Source: Gammaproteobacteria bacterium (GTDB taxonomy: Bacteria; Pseudomonadota; Gammaproteobacteria; UBA4575). Taken from it: a DNA stretch of 64,000 nucleotides. Location of the stretch: assembly GCA_965215055.1 (NCBI GenBank), contig OZ244046.1:169138-233137 (forward strand), written 5' to 3'. Numbering within the stretch: the stretch's first letter is position 1; every line of letters starts with the position of its first letter. Below the pieces are notes generated by a model. That model was not told where the DNA came from, ran no database searches, and saw nothing but the letters and a program-made list of their open reading frames with translations. The translations under genes and the position numbers were made by a program. Below are positions 31,037 through 42,187 of this stretch, piece after piece.

Positions 31037-32482
31037 TTGATAATGAAAAGATGGAATATCTTTATCGCCGGTTTGTTTTCCATTGGGATTATATTGGTCG
31101 TGACGACCGCCCATGTGCATGCGCATTACAACCTTCCGGATTTTACCGAGCTAGCTGAAAAGAATGCCGATGCAGTCGTGAACATCAGCACGAGCAAACA
31201 GAAAAAAATCAGTCGAGCATTACCTCCACATCTGGATATGCCAGATTTTCCCGAAGATGGCCCATTTGGTGATTTTTTACGTAGATTTTTTGGAGAGCGT
31301 GGTGGCAATGGAGAAGGATTCTTCAACTCACGTTCACTTGGTTCCGGCTTCATTATTTCAACGGATGGTTACGTGATTACCAATCATCACGTTGTTAAAG
31401 ATGCTGATAAAATTATCGTAAAGCTGAGTGATCGCAGACAACTGGACGCTAAACTGGTTGGAAGTGACCCGCGCAGTGACATTGCGTTATTGAAGCTGGA
31501 AGCCACTGGTTTACCCACTGTCAAACTCGGCTCCTCCGATGACGTGAAAGTTGGTCAATGGGTGTTAGCAATCGGTTCACCATTTGGCTTTGACGCTTCT
31601 GTTACCGCTGGTATTGTAAGTGCCAAAGGGCGCAGTCTGCCGAGTGAAAATTACGTGCCGTTTATTCAGACTGATGTAGCCATCAACCCAGGAAACTCTG
31701 GAGGGCCTCTTTTCGACCTGGAAGGCAACGTCGTAGGGATCAACTCCCAAATCTACACCCGGTCGGGGGGATTCATGGGGCTTTCTTTTGCAATTCCGAT
31801 TGAAGATGCAATGAACGTAGTTGATCAACTTAAGACAAGTGGCTATGTATCAAGAGGATGGCTGGGCGTATATATACAAGAAGTGACGCGTGAACTGGCC
31901 GAATCGTTTGGCATGGAGAAGCCAACCGGTGCATTGGTGGCTAAGATTTTACCGGATAGCCCTGCCGAAAAATCGGATATCGAAGTCGGTGATGTCATTA
32001 TTGCCTATGATGGCAAAGAAGTGAAAAACTCTGCCTCCTTGCCTTCGATGGTAGGTAAAACGAAGGTTGGTGAAATCGTTAAAATCAAGATAACGCGCGA
32101 CGGCAAAACAAAGATCATTAAATTGAAAGTTGGTCAACTGCCGGAAAAGGATCCGCTGCTCGCCAATAAAAAACAGCCTGATGAAGAATCTACAAACATT
32201 GTTCTGGGAATATCGCTACGCGCGCTTACAGAGGAAGAAATGAAAACGATGAAACTGGACCAAGGTGGACTCGTTGTTTTGGAGGTACAAAGCGATGCAA
32301 GCAAGTCGGCGGGCATCCGTCAAGGTGACGTGGTCCAGATGATCAATGGTGCCCCCGTTGATGATGTTGACGATTTTAGAGAACGGGTGGAGGCTCTGCC
32401 GCCAGGTAAATTTTTCTCCTTGCTGGTTCAACGCCCACACGGCCCGGAATTTCTGGCGATGCGTGCACCTGAAAAAGAATAG
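31037..32482 (+). CDS. degP: periplasmic serine endoprotease DegP/MucD (HtrA family) with two PDZ domains
   Basis: 481 aa; signal peptide; trypsin-like catalytic triad regions (TNHHVV, DIALLK, GNSGGPL) and two C-terminal PDZ domains. Confidence 0.9.
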   Translation: MIMKRWNIFIAGLFSIGIILVVTTAHVHAHYNLPDFTELAEKNADAVVNISTSKQKKISRALPPHLDMPDFPEDGPFGDFLRRFFGERGGNGEGFFNSRSLGSGFIISTDGYVITNHHVVKDADKIIVKLSDRRQLDAKLVGSDPRSDIALLKLEATGLPTVKLGSSDDVKVGQWVLAIGSPFGFDASVTAGIVSAKGRSLPSENYVPFIQTDVAINPGNSGGPLFDLEGNVVGINSQIYTRSGGFMGLSFAIPIEDAMNVVDQLKTSGYVSRGWLGVYIQEVTRELAESFGMEKPTGALVAKILPDSPAEKSDIEVGDVIIAYDGKEVKNSASLPSMVGKTKVGEIVKIKITRDGKTKIIKLKVGQLPEKDPLLANKKQPDEESTNIVLGISLRALTEEEMKTMKLDQGGLVVLEVQSDASKSAGIRQGDVVQMINGAPVDDVDDFRERVEALPPGKFFSLLVQRPHGPEFLAMRAPEKE

Positions 32483-32565
32483 TGGAAAGTCATTAAAGGT
32501 AAGCGATAATCAAGCCTGTTTATCTAAGTAGTTTAACGGGCTCTGTATTTGACTCCAAAATTATT

Positions 32566-34368
32566 ATGGAGCGTATTCGCAACTTTTCCATCATCGCGCA
32601 TATAGATCATGGCAAGACCACTCTAGCAGACCGCTTTATTCAGCATTGCGGTGGCTTATCTGAGCGTGAGATGAGCGAGCAAGTGCTGGATTCCATGGAA
32701 TTGGAACGTGAGCGTGGTATAACCATTAAAGCTCAAAGCGTCTCACTGCAGTATCAGGCAAGTGATGGACGTACCTATCAACTAAATTTCATCGATACGC
32801 CTGGGCACGTCGATTTTTCTTACGAAGTTTCCCGTTCTCTGGCAGCTTGTGAAGGTGCGTTACTTATCGTCGATGCGTCTCAGGGCGTGGAGGCACAAAG
32901 TGTTGCAAACTGTTACACTGCGCTCGATCTCGGCTTGGAAATCATTCCGGTATTAAACAAGATTGACCTTCCTTCCGCCAATACTGCAAAAGTCGTATCC
33001 GAGATCAGAGAAGTCATTGGCATTGATGCCTCCGAACCATTGCTAGTCAGCGCTAAAACTGGTCAAGGAGTGGAAGCTGTACTGGAAGCAATCGTAAATC
33101 GGTTTCCTCCTCCAACAACCTCGAAAACGAATGTAGAAAATGGCTCTCTCAAAGCTCTTGTCATTGATTCATGGTTTGACAGCTATGTCGGAGTAATTTC
33201 GTTAGTGCGCGTGATGTACGGTGCAATTAAGCACGGACAAAAGATTGTGGCGATGTCTTCGGGCAGAAGCTATCAAGTCGAAAAAGTTGGCATTTTTACT
33301 CCCAAGCGTACTGAAACAGAGATTTTGCAATCAGGGCAGGTTGGTTACGTTATCTGTGGAATTAAAGACATTGCAGTGGCAAAGGTAGGGGATACGTTCA
33401 CATCAATCTCCCATCCCGCCAGCAAACCTCTGGAAGGCTTCAAGGAAGTCCAGCCCAACGTTTTTGCTGGTGTATTTCCGGTCAACTCAGACGACTATGA
33501 GGCATTTCGGAGTGCATTGGAGAAACTTCGTCTCAACGATTCAGCATTTACTTACGAACCTGAGACTTCCGATGCGCTTGGGTTTGGTTTTCGATGTGGA
33601 TTTCTCGGCATGCTGCACATGGAAATTGTCCAAGAACGCCTCGAACGTGAATATGCACTGACCTTGATAACGACAGCGCCAACGGTGGTTTACGAAGTGC
33701 ATACCAGAGATGGTGAAATTCAACACATACACAATCCGTCTGCCTTGTCAGCAGCGAACAAGGTGGAAGAAATTCGCGAACCGATTATTCGCGCGTCGAT
33801 CTTGGTTCCACACGAGTACGTGGGTAACATAATTACACTATGTATAGAAAAGCGGGGCACACAGAAGGGCTTACATTACTATGGCAATCAGGTATCGATC
33901 GTATTTGAGCTACCTTTAAGTGAGATCGTATTGGATTTTTTCGACAGACTAAAATCGTTGAGTCGTGGCTATGCTTCACTTGATTACTATCAGTCACATT
34001 TTGGCACAGCACCCTTGATTAAACTGGATATTCTGATTAATGGTGAAAGAGTGGACGCACTATCGGTAATCGTGCATAGAGATCGAGCGCAGTCCTACGG
34101 CAGAGAGCTTGTCGGCAGGATGAAAGAGATTATTCCAAGGCAAATGTATGATATTGCTATTCAAGCCGCGATTGGATCAAAAATCATAGCCAGAGCTACG
34201 ACCAAAGCACTACGGAAGAACGTTACCGCAAAATGCTACGGTGGGGATGTAACACGTAAAAAGAAGCTACTGGAAAGACAAAAAGCCGGCAAAAAACGCA
34301 TGAAAAAGATTGGCAAGGTGGAAATTCCACAAGAAGCTTTTTTGGCCGTGTTGCGCGTAGACAAATAA
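32566..34368 (+). CDS. lepA: elongation factor 4 (translational GTPase LepA)
   Basis: 600 aa; G1 motif [10 protein letters not shown] and DTPGHVDF; the LepA-specific C-terminal domain ending ...[21 protein letters not shown]. Confidence 0.95.
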   Translation: MERIRNFSIIAHIDHGKTTLADRFIQHCGGLSEREMSEQVLDSMELERERGITIKAQSVSLQYQASDGRTYQLNFIDTPGHVDFSYEVSRSLAACEGALLIVDASQGVEAQSVANCYTALDLGLEIIPVLNKIDLPSANTAKVVSEIREVIGIDASEPLLVSAKTGQGVEAVLEAIVNRFPPPTTSKTNVENGSLKALVIDSWFDSYVGVISLVRVMYGAIKHGQKIVAMSSGRSYQVEKVGIFTPKRTETEILQSGQVGYVICGIKDIAVAKVGDTFTSISHPASKPLEGFKEVQPNVFAGVFPVNSDDYEAFRSALEKLRLNDSAFTYEPETSDALGFGFRCGFLGMLHMEIVQERLEREYALTLITTAPTVVYEVHTRDGEIQHIHNPSALSAANKVEEIREPIIRASILVPHEYVGNIITLCIEKRGTQKGLHYYGNQVSIVFELPLSEIVLDFFDRLKSLSRGYASLDYYQSHFGTAPLIKLDILINGERVDALSVIVHRDRAQSYGRELVGRMKEIIPRQMYDIAIQAAIGSKIIARATTKALRKNVTAKCYGGDVTRKKKLLERQKAGKKRMKKIGKVEIPQEAFLAVLRVDK

Positions 34369-34387
34369 TTGCTATCGGAATTCATTC

Positions 34388-35311
34388 ATGCATGGAACGT
34401 TGAAGCATCTGCTTGTAATTTTTACATTGCTTGTTTTTCCTGTAGTTGTCTATGCCGACTACATGCGAGTTACTCTACTGGGCACGGGTAGTCCGAGGCT
34501 TGATGCTCACCGCGCCGGCCCTGCCGTATTGGTTGAAGCAGGGGGGGAGTTCCTGATATTTGATACGGGCCGTGGAGTTGTGCAAAGGCTGAAGCAATTG
34601 AACACTCCTCTGTCCAAGATCGATAAAGTCTTTATCACACATTTGCACGCGGACCATATTTTAGCATTGGACGACCTGTGGCTTACAGGCTGGCTATACC
34701 AACGTCGGCAGCCGCTTGAGGTTTACGGGCCAAAAGGTATGCAAGGTTTTACACAAAAACTGCAACAAGCTTACACCTATGATGTTTCGATCAGGCATCA
34801 AAATACGGGGCTGGATAGAAACACGGCAAAATTGATTGCCAACGAGATTACACCTGGTGTGATTTACTCGGAACGCGGCATTAAATTAACTGCTTTTCTG
34901 GTTGACCATGCGCCAGTAAATCCTGCCTATGGATACAGAATTGACTTTGGAGACCGTTCGGCAGTGATATCTGGTGATACTACGTATTCGAGCAACCTGA
35001 TTGCCCATGCTCAGAATACCGACGTATTGATTCACGAAATCTTTGCAGCTGAGCCGAGCATACTCGCAAAAAACACGCGATTACAAAAAGTAGAGCGTTA
35101 CCATACCAACCCAGCCCAGATGTTGCGTGTATTGCATGAAACCAAGCCGAAAGTAGCCCTGCTTACACATGTAATTCTCATCGGTATTAAAGAAGATGCC
35201 TTGCTCAGAGAGATAAAAAACGGCTATACAGGAGAAGTTTACATAGGGGAGGATTTAATGAGAGTGGAAATAGGGAGCGATATAAAAGTGGTACCATTTG
35301 GCAAACCGTGA
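34388..35311 (+). CDS. secreted MBL-fold metallo-hydrolase (RNase Z/arylsulfatase-like beta-lactamase fold)
   Basis: Signal peptide followed by the HxHxDH motif (ITHLHADHIL). Confidence 0.6.
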   Translation: MHGTLKHLLVIFTLLVFPVVVYADYMRVTLLGTGSPRLDAHRAGPAVLVEAGGEFLIFDTGRGVVQRLKQLNTPLSKIDKVFITHLHADHILALDDLWLTGWLYQRRQPLEVYGPKGMQGFTQKLQQAYTYDVSIRHQNTGLDRNTAKLIANEITPGVIYSERGIKLTAFLVDHAPVNPAYGYRIDFGDRSAVISGDTTYSSNLIAHAQNTDVLIHEIFAAEPSILAKNTRLQKVERYHTNPAQMLRVLHETKPKVALLTHVILIGIKEDALLREIKNGYTGEVYIGEDLMRVEIGSDIKVVPFGKP

Positions 35312-35348
35312 CCCTCCGGTTTTTGTCATCTATATCCAAGTAAAAGTT

Positions 35349-36155
35349 ATGAAACTTGATTATTCCAAGCCCTTACTCATGGGTGTGCTCAACGTCACTC
35401 CGGACAGTTTTTCTGACGGTGGTATATATCCCTCTTCCAAGGACGCTATCACCCGAGGTATCGAGATGGTTGAGCAGGGTGCCGATATCATCGACGTTGG
35501 TGGAGAATCCACGCGTCCCGGAGCACAGCGTATTGATGCTACTGAACAAAAGCGCAGAGTTATTGACGTAATTGCCGGATTGCGTAAAGAGCTACCTCAA
35601 CATATCCATATCAGTATTGATACGACGCTGTTAGAGGTAGCCAAGGCCTCTTTGGATGCAGGAGCCTCCATGTTAAACGATGTCAGTGCAGGTCGAGAAG
35701 ACAAAAACATGCTGAAACTTGCAGCCGACCTGAACTTACCCATTTGTCTTATGCACATGCAGGGCACTCCTGAAACCATGCAGGACAATCCCAGCTACAA
35801 GGACGTCACTAAGGAAGTCACGAACTTCTTACACAAGCGAGCGAATACAGCAGAAGCCGTGGGCGTGGAAAAAGAAAATATCATCCTTGATCCTGGTATT
35901 GGTTTTGGAAAGCGTACCGAGCATAATTTGAAATTACTACGGGACATAGAAAAACTGACTGGCCTGGGCTATCCCGTTTTACTTGGTACAAGTCGCAAGC
36001 GTTTTATGGGGAAGGGAGACCCGCATGAGAGAGTACCGGCAACCTGTGCGACCACTGCACTCGGCGTATTGGCTGGAGTCAGAATTTTCCGGGTACACGA
36101 CATTTGGCAAAATCGCCAAGCCATGGACATTGCATGGGCGATACACACCTGCTGA
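35349..36155 (+). CDS. folP: dihydropteroate synthase
   Basis: Pterin-binding domain: MGVLNVTPDSFSDGG, DIIDVGGESTRPGA, downstream GIGFGK. The start is taken at MKLDYSKPLLMG (Met18 of the listed ORF). Confidence 0.85.
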   Translation: MKLDYSKPLLMGVLNVTPDSFSDGGIYPSSKDAITRGIEMVEQGADIIDVGGESTRPGAQRIDATEQKRRVIDVIAGLRKELPQHIHISIDTTLLEVAKASLDAGASMLNDVSAGREDKNMLKLAADLNLPICLMHMQGTPETMQDNPSYKDVTKEVTNFLHKRANTAEAVGVEKENIILDPGIGFGKRTEHNLKLLRDIEKLTGLGYPVLLGTSRKRFMGKGDPHERVPATCATTALGVLAGVRIFRVHDIWQNRQAMDIAWAIHTC

Positions 36156-36232
36156 AAGGTAAAAGGCAGATAAACTGTGCAGCGAGCACCGTGAGAAACA
36201 ATACCCCTTGGCAAGGAGACAAGAGGGGTTTG

Positions 36233-36535
36233 TCAAAGCACTGCCTCAAACCCTTCAAACTCTGGTTTACCAAGATAAACCGGCTTTGCTTCCCCGGCCT
36301 TCGCGTGTGCCTTTCGAAATGCCTCGGACTTTGTCCATGCCTCGAATGCCCGTCTGGATTCCCAGATTGAATGTGAGGCAAACAGACTGTACTCGCCGGT
36401 AGAAGGGCCCCTTAGTAGGTGAAACTCCTTGAATCCTGGCACTTCATCCAGAAAAGATTCACGATTTTTCCAGATTTCAAGAAAATCATCCTCGCAACCG
36501 GGGATTATCTTAAAACGATTCATTGCAATGAACAT
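36233..36535 (-). CDS. antibiotic-biosynthesis-monooxygenase (ABM) domain protein
   Basis: 100 aa with the ferredoxin-like ABM fold pattern (MFIAMNRFKIIPGCEDDFLEIWKNRESFLDEVPGFKEFHLLRG...). Confidence 0.55.
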   Translation of the reverse strand: MFIAMNRFKIIPGCEDDFLEIWKNRESFLDEVPGFKEFHLLRGPSTGEYSLFASHSIWESRRAFEAWTKSEAFRKAHAKAGEAKPVYLGKPEFEGFEAVL

Positions 36536-36571
36536 GGACTATTCTCCTGGTGAATTTCCCTGATACTTAAA

Positions 36572-37114
36572 CTATTTATTGACGGCAGGACTTATCAACA
36601 CCTCGGCATCCCAATCGAATGTGCTACCAATAAACGCCTTGATACAAAATAGCACACTCGCAATCATCCCCCAGACTAATCCGGCCACAACGCCTGCATC
36701 CAGCAGCCCTCGCCATGGTTGTGGAAGCAACCGAAACAATAAAACAAAAATAATTATTGCTACCGTCAATGTAAGCGTGGCGATAATGCGTTTTTTGGGA
36801 GCGTGGAAATAACTCATACAAAACAAGGGCGCCAGCAGCAGCTGGACAGGCGTAGCGTGGTATAGCAAATACTTGGCCCGTGCAGCAAAGCGTGGTGCAA
36901 AGCTCTTTTGAAAGCCTTTATAACCTTCGCTGTAGAGCATGAAAATTAGAAAAATAATAAACACCAACCAATGCATCCAACTCAACGACATTTTCAGTGC
37001 TGCAATTGAATTCAAGCCAAGTCGCCAAGAGGCAAAACCCAGTAGCGCTGACAACCCAATAATTCCCCAGGCCGTGGCAATCATTCCGGCAAAGGTTATT
37101 GGCCCCTTGTACAT
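36572..37114 (-). CDS. hypothetical integral membrane protein (4-5 TM helices)
   Basis: 180-aa hydrophobic ORF; no family assignment possible by eye. Confidence 0.4.
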   Translation of the reverse strand: MYKGPITFAGMIATAWGIIGLSALLGFASWRLGLNSIAALKMSLSWMHWLVFIIFLIFMLYSEGYKGFQKSFAPRFAARAKYLLYHATPVQLLLAPLFCMSYFHAPKKRIIATLTLTVAIIIFVLLFRLLPQPWRGLLDAGVVAGLVWGMIASVLFCIKAFIGSTFDWDAEVLISPAVNK

Positions 37115-37342
37115 TAAGAATCTTAAGGAGTTATCGTCAAGAAATGATTAGTTCAGGACGTAGAATTGAGTTTCACTTATCGGGTTGATCGTAACTACAT
37201 GTTATGAAAACCATTATAGCGAATATTTCCATACATGTTTCTTGGAATGATGAAAAGTACCGTATTGTATATGCGTTTCTATATAATAAGCAGTGTGAAA
37301 TAAATTTGGTCAAAGTTAAACGTTTACTGACAGGGGTAGTAC

Positions 37343-37729
37343 ATGTCGAAGTGGCGAGATATTAAATCTGAACAAACCTACTCGGAAGAGCAGATCAAGG
37401 AACGATTGGCTGAAGAATTACCTACCTGGTTTTATGAAAACGGCTGGATACGTCGGAAGTATAGAACGCATAGCTGGAAGAGTACATTGATGGTGGTGAA
37501 CACCATTGGTCATTTGGCGGAAGCAGCGTTTCATCACCCCGATTTGACGGTATCTTACGCCTTTGTAATTTGTAAATTGATGAACCACGCTGCCAAGGGA
37601 GTTACGAACAAGGACTTCGAGTTAGCCAAAAAGATCGAAGAAGTGCTGATGTGGCAACCAGGCAAAGAAGAGGGAGACCTGGAGGGAACCCCCAGCGACC
37701 CACGCTTTGCTTATATCCAGTACAAGTAG
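37343..37729 (+). CDS. pterin-4a-carbinolamine dehydratase-like protein (PCD/DCoH family) with an N-terminal extension
   Basis: Contains the family signature ...AFHHPDLTVSYAFV...NHAAKGVTNKDFELAKKIEE (H-H-P-D ... H ... G-x-T-x-x-D). Confidence 0.6.
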   Translation: MSKWRDIKSEQTYSEEQIKERLAEELPTWFYENGWIRRKYRTHSWKSTLMVVNTIGHLAEAAFHHPDLTVSYAFVICKLMNHAAKGVTNKDFELAKKIEEVLMWQPGKEEGDLEGTPSDPRFAYIQYK

Positions 37730-37736
37730 CTTTTCA

Positions 37737-38327
37737 TTATCGAGGCAAATCAGGCAGCAATTTTTTTACTGCAGTAGTAATAGCTTGCGGGGGCAACCCA
37801 TAGGGGATGATATTGGTTACCGTCCCTTGCTGGTTGATAATGTATAGATTGGATGTGTGGTCTACAGTGTAAGTGCCGGCCGAGGTATTTCCTTCATACG
37901 AATAGAATCCGTGAAACTGCTTGACTACTTTATCTATTTCTTCAATTTTCCCTGTTAAACCAATAAAGTTATTACCAAAATACTCCATATATTTCTTTAA
38001 CACCTCAGGCGTATCTCGCTTGGGGTCCACGCTGATAAATAACGGCTGTACCTGAATAGCTTGGTCCCCCATTTGATTCAACGCAGTTTGCACGGTGCTT
38101 AACGTATTTGGGCACACGTCCGGACAATGCGTAAATCCGAAAAACAGGACTATTATTTTGCCTCTGGAAGCTATTGAGGAATAGGGTTTATTGAGGTGGG
38201 AAGTGAGGGTAAAGTCTCCACCCAGAGCTTCTTCTTCGGCCAGGGAATTTAAGGCAAATAAACCAAGACAAATCGATATAATCAAGTGACGAGGCAGGCA
38301 ACGCACAATACTGTTGATTGGAAGCAT
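37737..38327 (-). CDS. SCO1/SenC family copper chaperone (thioredoxin fold), secreted
   Basis: Canonical CxxxCP motif FGFTHCPDVCPNTL and ISVDPKRDTPEVLKKY. The start is taken at MLPINSIVRCL... (signal peptide); the ORF is open to 38477. Confidence 0.7.
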   Translation of the reverse strand: MLPINSIVRCLPRHLIISICLGLFALNSLAEEEALGGDFTLTSHLNKPYSSIASRGKIIVLFFGFTHCPDVCPNTLSTVQTALNQMGDQAIQVQPLFISVDPKRDTPEVLKKYMEYFGNNFIGLTGKIEEIDKVVKQFHGFYSYEGNTSAGTYTVDHTSNLYIINQQGTVTNIIPYGLPPQAITTAVKKLLPDLPR

Positions 38328-38555
38328 ATCCAATTTAGAGGCTTTGACTTGCCGACAGTTCCGTGTAGGGGCTATGGCAAGAAAGGGTATATATCTTTGC
38401 TTGAGTAGAGCAGGTAAGGTACAATACAGCATGACTATTCGCTGGTTTGACAAGTCTTTAACAGGGTACGTAAGCAAGGCATTGCTTGAGTCTTAGGAAA
38501 TAGGAAAGTCGGACTGTAGTCTAAAGCAAATAATACCATTTATGGAGTCATAACA

Positions 38556-39938
38556 ATGATTGAGAAAATGGCAAGAATACAAGCCAAACTGATGCAAAGT
38601 ACACTCGCATTTCTGTGTGTCGTGTTGGCGTCTTTTTTTGGTTTTCACTCTACTGTCGTGGCAGACGAGACATGCATGTCCCCCTACATGGCAAAAATTG
38701 TTGGTCAGGAAGACTACGTATATGTATGGACACTGGGTGTAGAAGGTTTGGGTGATGAGCAGGACAAGCTTGTTACCATCTCTGTAAACCCGAATTCAGA
38801 GCACTACGGAAAAGTGGTAAACGTACTTTCCGTAGGCGGCCGTAATGAGGCTCACCACTCCGGTTTAACCGATGATCGTCGCTACCTGTTTGCAGGTGGC
38901 TTGGACAGCAACAAGATCTTTGTTTTTGATGTTCATTCCAATCCAGCCAAACCCAAGCTGCACAAAGTCATTACCGATTTTGTTGAAAAGACGGGAGGTA
39001 TGGTAGGCCCTCATACAATGTATGCGCTACCAGGCCGAATTATGGTGAGTGCCCTGTCTAATAACGTCGATCATGGCGGACGCACCGGGCTCGCGGAATA
39101 CTCCAATGAAGGAGATTTTATAGCTGCTCATTGGATGCCTACGGATGAAGATTTGCGTGGTGCGGAAAAGGTAGGAGATGCTGCTGATGGCTATGGTTAT
39201 GACGTTCGCGTTTTGCCCAGGCGAAACGTGATGGTTACTTCTTCGTTTACCGGCTGGTCCAATTATATGATGGATTTTGGCAAGATGCTGGCGGATGGAG
39301 AAGCCATGAAGCGTTTTGGCAATACCGTGGTGGTTTGGGATTTGCATACACGCAAGCCTGAAAAGGTCTTTGAAGTTCCCGGAGCACCGTTGGAAATTCG
39401 TTGCGCGTGGGGTGCGCATCATAACTACTGTTTTACCACTACCGCGTTGACCTCTCAAATCTGGTTGATTTATGAAGATGATACTGGTGAGTGGCAGGCA
39501 AAAGCGGTGGCCGATATTGGAGAACCTGCCAAGGTACCGTTACCGGTTGATATTTCCATCACTGCGGATGACAAGGGACTTTGGGTACAGACTTTCATGG
39601 ATGGTAAAACCCGGTTTTTTGATATCTCGGACCCTTTTAATCCCAAGCAGACCTATGAGCATCAGATTGGCTCCCAGGTGAACATGATCTCGCAAAGCTG
39701 GGACGGCAAGCGTGCCTACTTTACGTCCTCTCTGCTGGGTAACTGGGACAAGACCGGCGAGCAGGATGAGCAGTTTTTCAAGCTGTTCGGTTGGGACGGT
39801 GAAAAACTTACGCACGAGTTTACGGTAGATTTTTACGAGTTGAAGTTGGGTCGTGCGCATCAAATGAGGTTTGGTGCATATTCACTGTATTCGCAAAAGC
39901 CGAATTTAACGGGCACGATGTTGTCTCAATTAGAGTAA
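38556..39938 (+). CDS. mtoX: selenium-binding protein 56 family protein, probable methanethiol oxidase
   Basis: 460 aa, collinear with SBP56/SELENBP1 (SVNPNSEHYGKVVNVL vs DVDPKSPQYCQVIHRL; the HHSG motif; KLHKVI; a beta-propeller-like repeat architecture). Has an N-terminal signal peptide. Followed by SCO1-like and MauG-like genes, as reported for mtoX loci. Confidence 0.8.
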   Translation: MIEKMARIQAKLMQSTLAFLCVVLASFFGFHSTVVADETCMSPYMAKIVGQEDYVYVWTLGVEGLGDEQDKLVTISVNPNSEHYGKVVNVLSVGGRNEAHHSGLTDDRRYLFAGGLDSNKIFVFDVHSNPAKPKLHKVITDFVEKTGGMVGPHTMYALPGRIMVSALSNNVDHGGRTGLAEYSNEGDFIAAHWMPTDEDLRGAEKVGDAADGYGYDVRVLPRRNVMVTSSFTGWSNYMMDFGKMLADGEAMKRFGNTVVVWDLHTRKPEKVFEVPGAPLEIRCAWGAHHNYCFTTTALTSQIWLIYEDDTGEWQAKAVADIGEPAKVPLPVDISITADDKGLWVQTFMDGKTRFFDISDPFNPKQTYEHQIGSQVNMISQSWDGKRAYFTSSLLGNWDKTGEQDEQFFKLFGWDGEKLTHEFTVDFYELKLGRAHQMRFGAYSLYSQKPNLTGTMLSQLE

Positions 39939-39992
39939 GGAGTGGCTCTGTTACAGCAATGTAACCGACGACAGTCTGAACTACGGGAACAG

Positions 39993-40022
39993 GGCCGCCC
40001 ATGAGGCGGCCTTGTTGTTTTT
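39993..40022 (+). terminator. Rho-independent terminator between mtoX and the downstream SCO1-like gene
   Basis: GGCCGCC-catga-GGCGGCC (7-bp GC stem, 5-nt loop) followed by TTGTTGTTTTT. Confidence 0.55.
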
Positions 40023-40038
40023 GGACCGTGTTTCATAA

Positions 40039-40776
40039 ATGAAAAATAGTAACGCACTGCTTTTAATAGCATCTCTATTTGTGCTGTCTGCATGTTTTGA
40101 CACGGACGATGGTGAGCCACTGCCTCAATCCCACGCCGCAAGAGCTGAAGTTTTGGTGATAGCGAACGGCTGGACACCCAGCTTGTCTTTTGATATTCCG
40201 CAGCCCGGCACTTACACATTGCCTGATTTAGGCACGGCAGGCGGCGGCTCTGTCTTGAGCACCGATGGTAAAGCGCTTGAGTTGGAGAATTTTTTTGGCG
40301 ATAAAATTGTACTACTTACTTTCATATACAGCAGTTGCACGGACTTGAACGGATGTCCATTGGCTACTGCCGTTTTTTACAAAATTAAGGAACAGTTTAG
40401 GAAAGACCCCGCTCTCGCTGATCAGATCCGCCTTGTTAGCATAAGTTTTGACCCGCAGCACGATACGCCTGAAGTGATGAAATTATATAGCGCAGGATTT
40501 GCAGACGGTGACCCGCAGTGGCTGTTTTTTACTACCGCATCTGAAGGTACATTACAGCCCATTCTCGATCAATATGGGCAGATGGTGATCAAGGGATATG
40601 ATGAAGAGGGGAATTACACGGGCACGATGGCGCATGTATTACGCGCATTTTTAATTGATCGATCAAAAAATATTCGACAGCAATATAGCGTTTCATTTCT
40701 GCACGATCAACTTGTTACTGCTGATATCAAGACTATTCTTATCGAAGATGGAATTCTAGAGACGAGCATAAACTAA
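40039..40776 (+). CDS. SCO1/SenC-like lipoprotein with a variant metal-binding motif
   Basis: Lipoprotein-type signal (LLIASLFVLSAC). The thioredoxin-fold SCO block TFIYSSCTDLNGCP has C-x5-C in place of the canonical C-x3-C; ISFDPQHDTPEVMKLY is conserved. Confidence 0.65.
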   Translation: MKNSNALLLIASLFVLSACFDTDDGEPLPQSHAARAEVLVIANGWTPSLSFDIPQPGTYTLPDLGTAGGGSVLSTDGKALELENFFGDKIVLLTFIYSSCTDLNGCPLATAVFYKIKEQFRKDPALADQIRLVSISFDPQHDTPEVMKLYSAGFADGDPQWLFFTTASEGTLQPILDQYGQMVIKGYDEEGNYTGTMAHVLRAFLIDRSKNIRQQYSVSFLHDQLVTADIKTILIEDGILETSIN

Positions 40777-40778
40777 CT

Positions 40779-42125
40779 ATGCAGCAACTTGGCGGGAAGA
40801 TTTCACTAACTGTCGTTAATGCGCTTATCCTTGCGATAGTTGTCACCCTGGTTGTCATATTGGCCCGCTTGCAAGGTTCAGCGGACACCCTAAAACAACA
40901 GGCAATATTTGGCCCGGGTGATGATAAGCGAGGTTATGATTCAGTTGACTACAGGACGAACTCACTTGATCTGCAAAAACGCATTGGCAAGGACGCCAAT
41001 CTACTGGAGTTTTTGGTCAGCCCTCCTTTGGGACTACCTGAAGTTCCGGTTCCTGCAGACAATCCGGTTACTGCCAAAAAAGTAGCATTGGGAAGAAAGT
41101 TGTTCTTTGATCGGCGACTGTCGATCAACGACACATTCTCTTGTGCAATTTGTCATATACCTGAACAAGGCTTTGCTAACAATGAACTGGAAACAGCGAT
41201 AGGTGTTGAAGGACGTACCGTCAAGCGTAATGCACCGACGGTATATAACACAGCGTATCTGGAAAAGATTTTTCATGATGGGCGTGAATCGACTCTGGAA
41301 CAGCAAGTCTGGGCACCTTTATTGGCGCGTAATGAAATGGCGAATCCATCCATCGGCTATGTAATCAATAAAATAGAAGCTATTCGCGAATATGAAGGCT
41401 TGTTTGAGGCCGCTTTTGATGGTCGTGGACCGACTATGGAGACGGTCGGAATGGCGCTGGCCAGTTATCAACGGACCCTCAATGCTGCTAATTCACCATT
41501 TGATCGCTGGTATTTTGGCAGACAGCAAAATGCAGTAAAAGAACAGGTAAAAAAAGGCTTTAAAATTTTTACGGGTAAAGGCGCCTGCAGCACCTGTCAT
41601 CTAATACATGATGATTACGCACTATTTACGGATAACCGGTTACATAACACGGGTCTTGGGTACCAGGTATCCATGGGCATTGAGCCCGAAACAAAAAGAG
41701 TGCAGTTAGCGCCTGGTGTATTCACGGATTTGGACACCAGTGTAATTCGCTCAGTTTCCAAGGCAAAAGAAAATGATTTGGGCTTGTACGAAATTACTGG
41801 AGACCCCGGTGATCGTTGGAAATTTCGTACCCCTTCCCTGCGTAACGTCGCACTGACGGCCCCCTATATGCACAATGGCACTATGCAGACCCTGCGTGAA
41901 GTAATTGAATTTTATAATCATGGTGGAATTCCCAATGAGTTGCTCAGCCCTTTGATCAAACCACTGCATCTGACGAATGTGGAAATTGATAATTTAATCG
42001 CCTTTCTGGAGTCACTGACAGGGGGTAACATCCCTGTTTTGGTAGCAGACGCCTTTGCCGCGCCGATTGGAGACCTTGGTACTGATGACCCGAATTGGGC
42101 GCATGAAAATAAATTGAAATATTAA
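40779..42125 (+). CDS. di-haem cytochrome c peroxidase / MauG family protein
   Basis: Two haem-binding CxxCH motifs (CAICH and CSTCH) in the spacing typical of bacterial CCP/MauG; 448 aa with an N-terminal TM/signal anchor. Confidence 0.8.
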   Translation: MQQLGGKISLTVVNALILAIVVTLVVILARLQGSADTLKQQAIFGPGDDKRGYDSVDYRTNSLDLQKRIGKDANLLEFLVSPPLGLPEVPVPADNPVTAKKVALGRKLFFDRRLSINDTFSCAICHIPEQGFANNELETAIGVEGRTVKRNAPTVYNTAYLEKIFHDGRESTLEQQVWAPLLARNEMANPSIGYVINKIEAIREYEGLFEAAFDGRGPTMETVGMALASYQRTLNAANSPFDRWYFGRQQNAVKEQVKKGFKIFTGKGACSTCHLIHDDYALFTDNRLHNTGLGYQVSMGIEPETKRVQLAPGVFTDLDTSVIRSVSKAKENDLGLYEITGDPGDRWKFRTPSLRNVALTAPYMHNGTMQTLREVIEFYNHGGIPNELLSPLIKPLHLTNVEIDNLIAFLESLTGGNIPVLVADAFAAPIGDLGTDDPNWAHENKLKY

Positions 42126-42187
42126 TAGCCTAAACTGGCCGTGGAGACTCTGCACAGAAAGTTTGCTTGTAGAAAAGGTATGCGGCA

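Noticed and set aside
31126-32440. Several 60-83-aa antisense ORFs inside degP
   Set aside because: They overlap a strongly conserved HtrA-family coding frame and are shadow ORFs.
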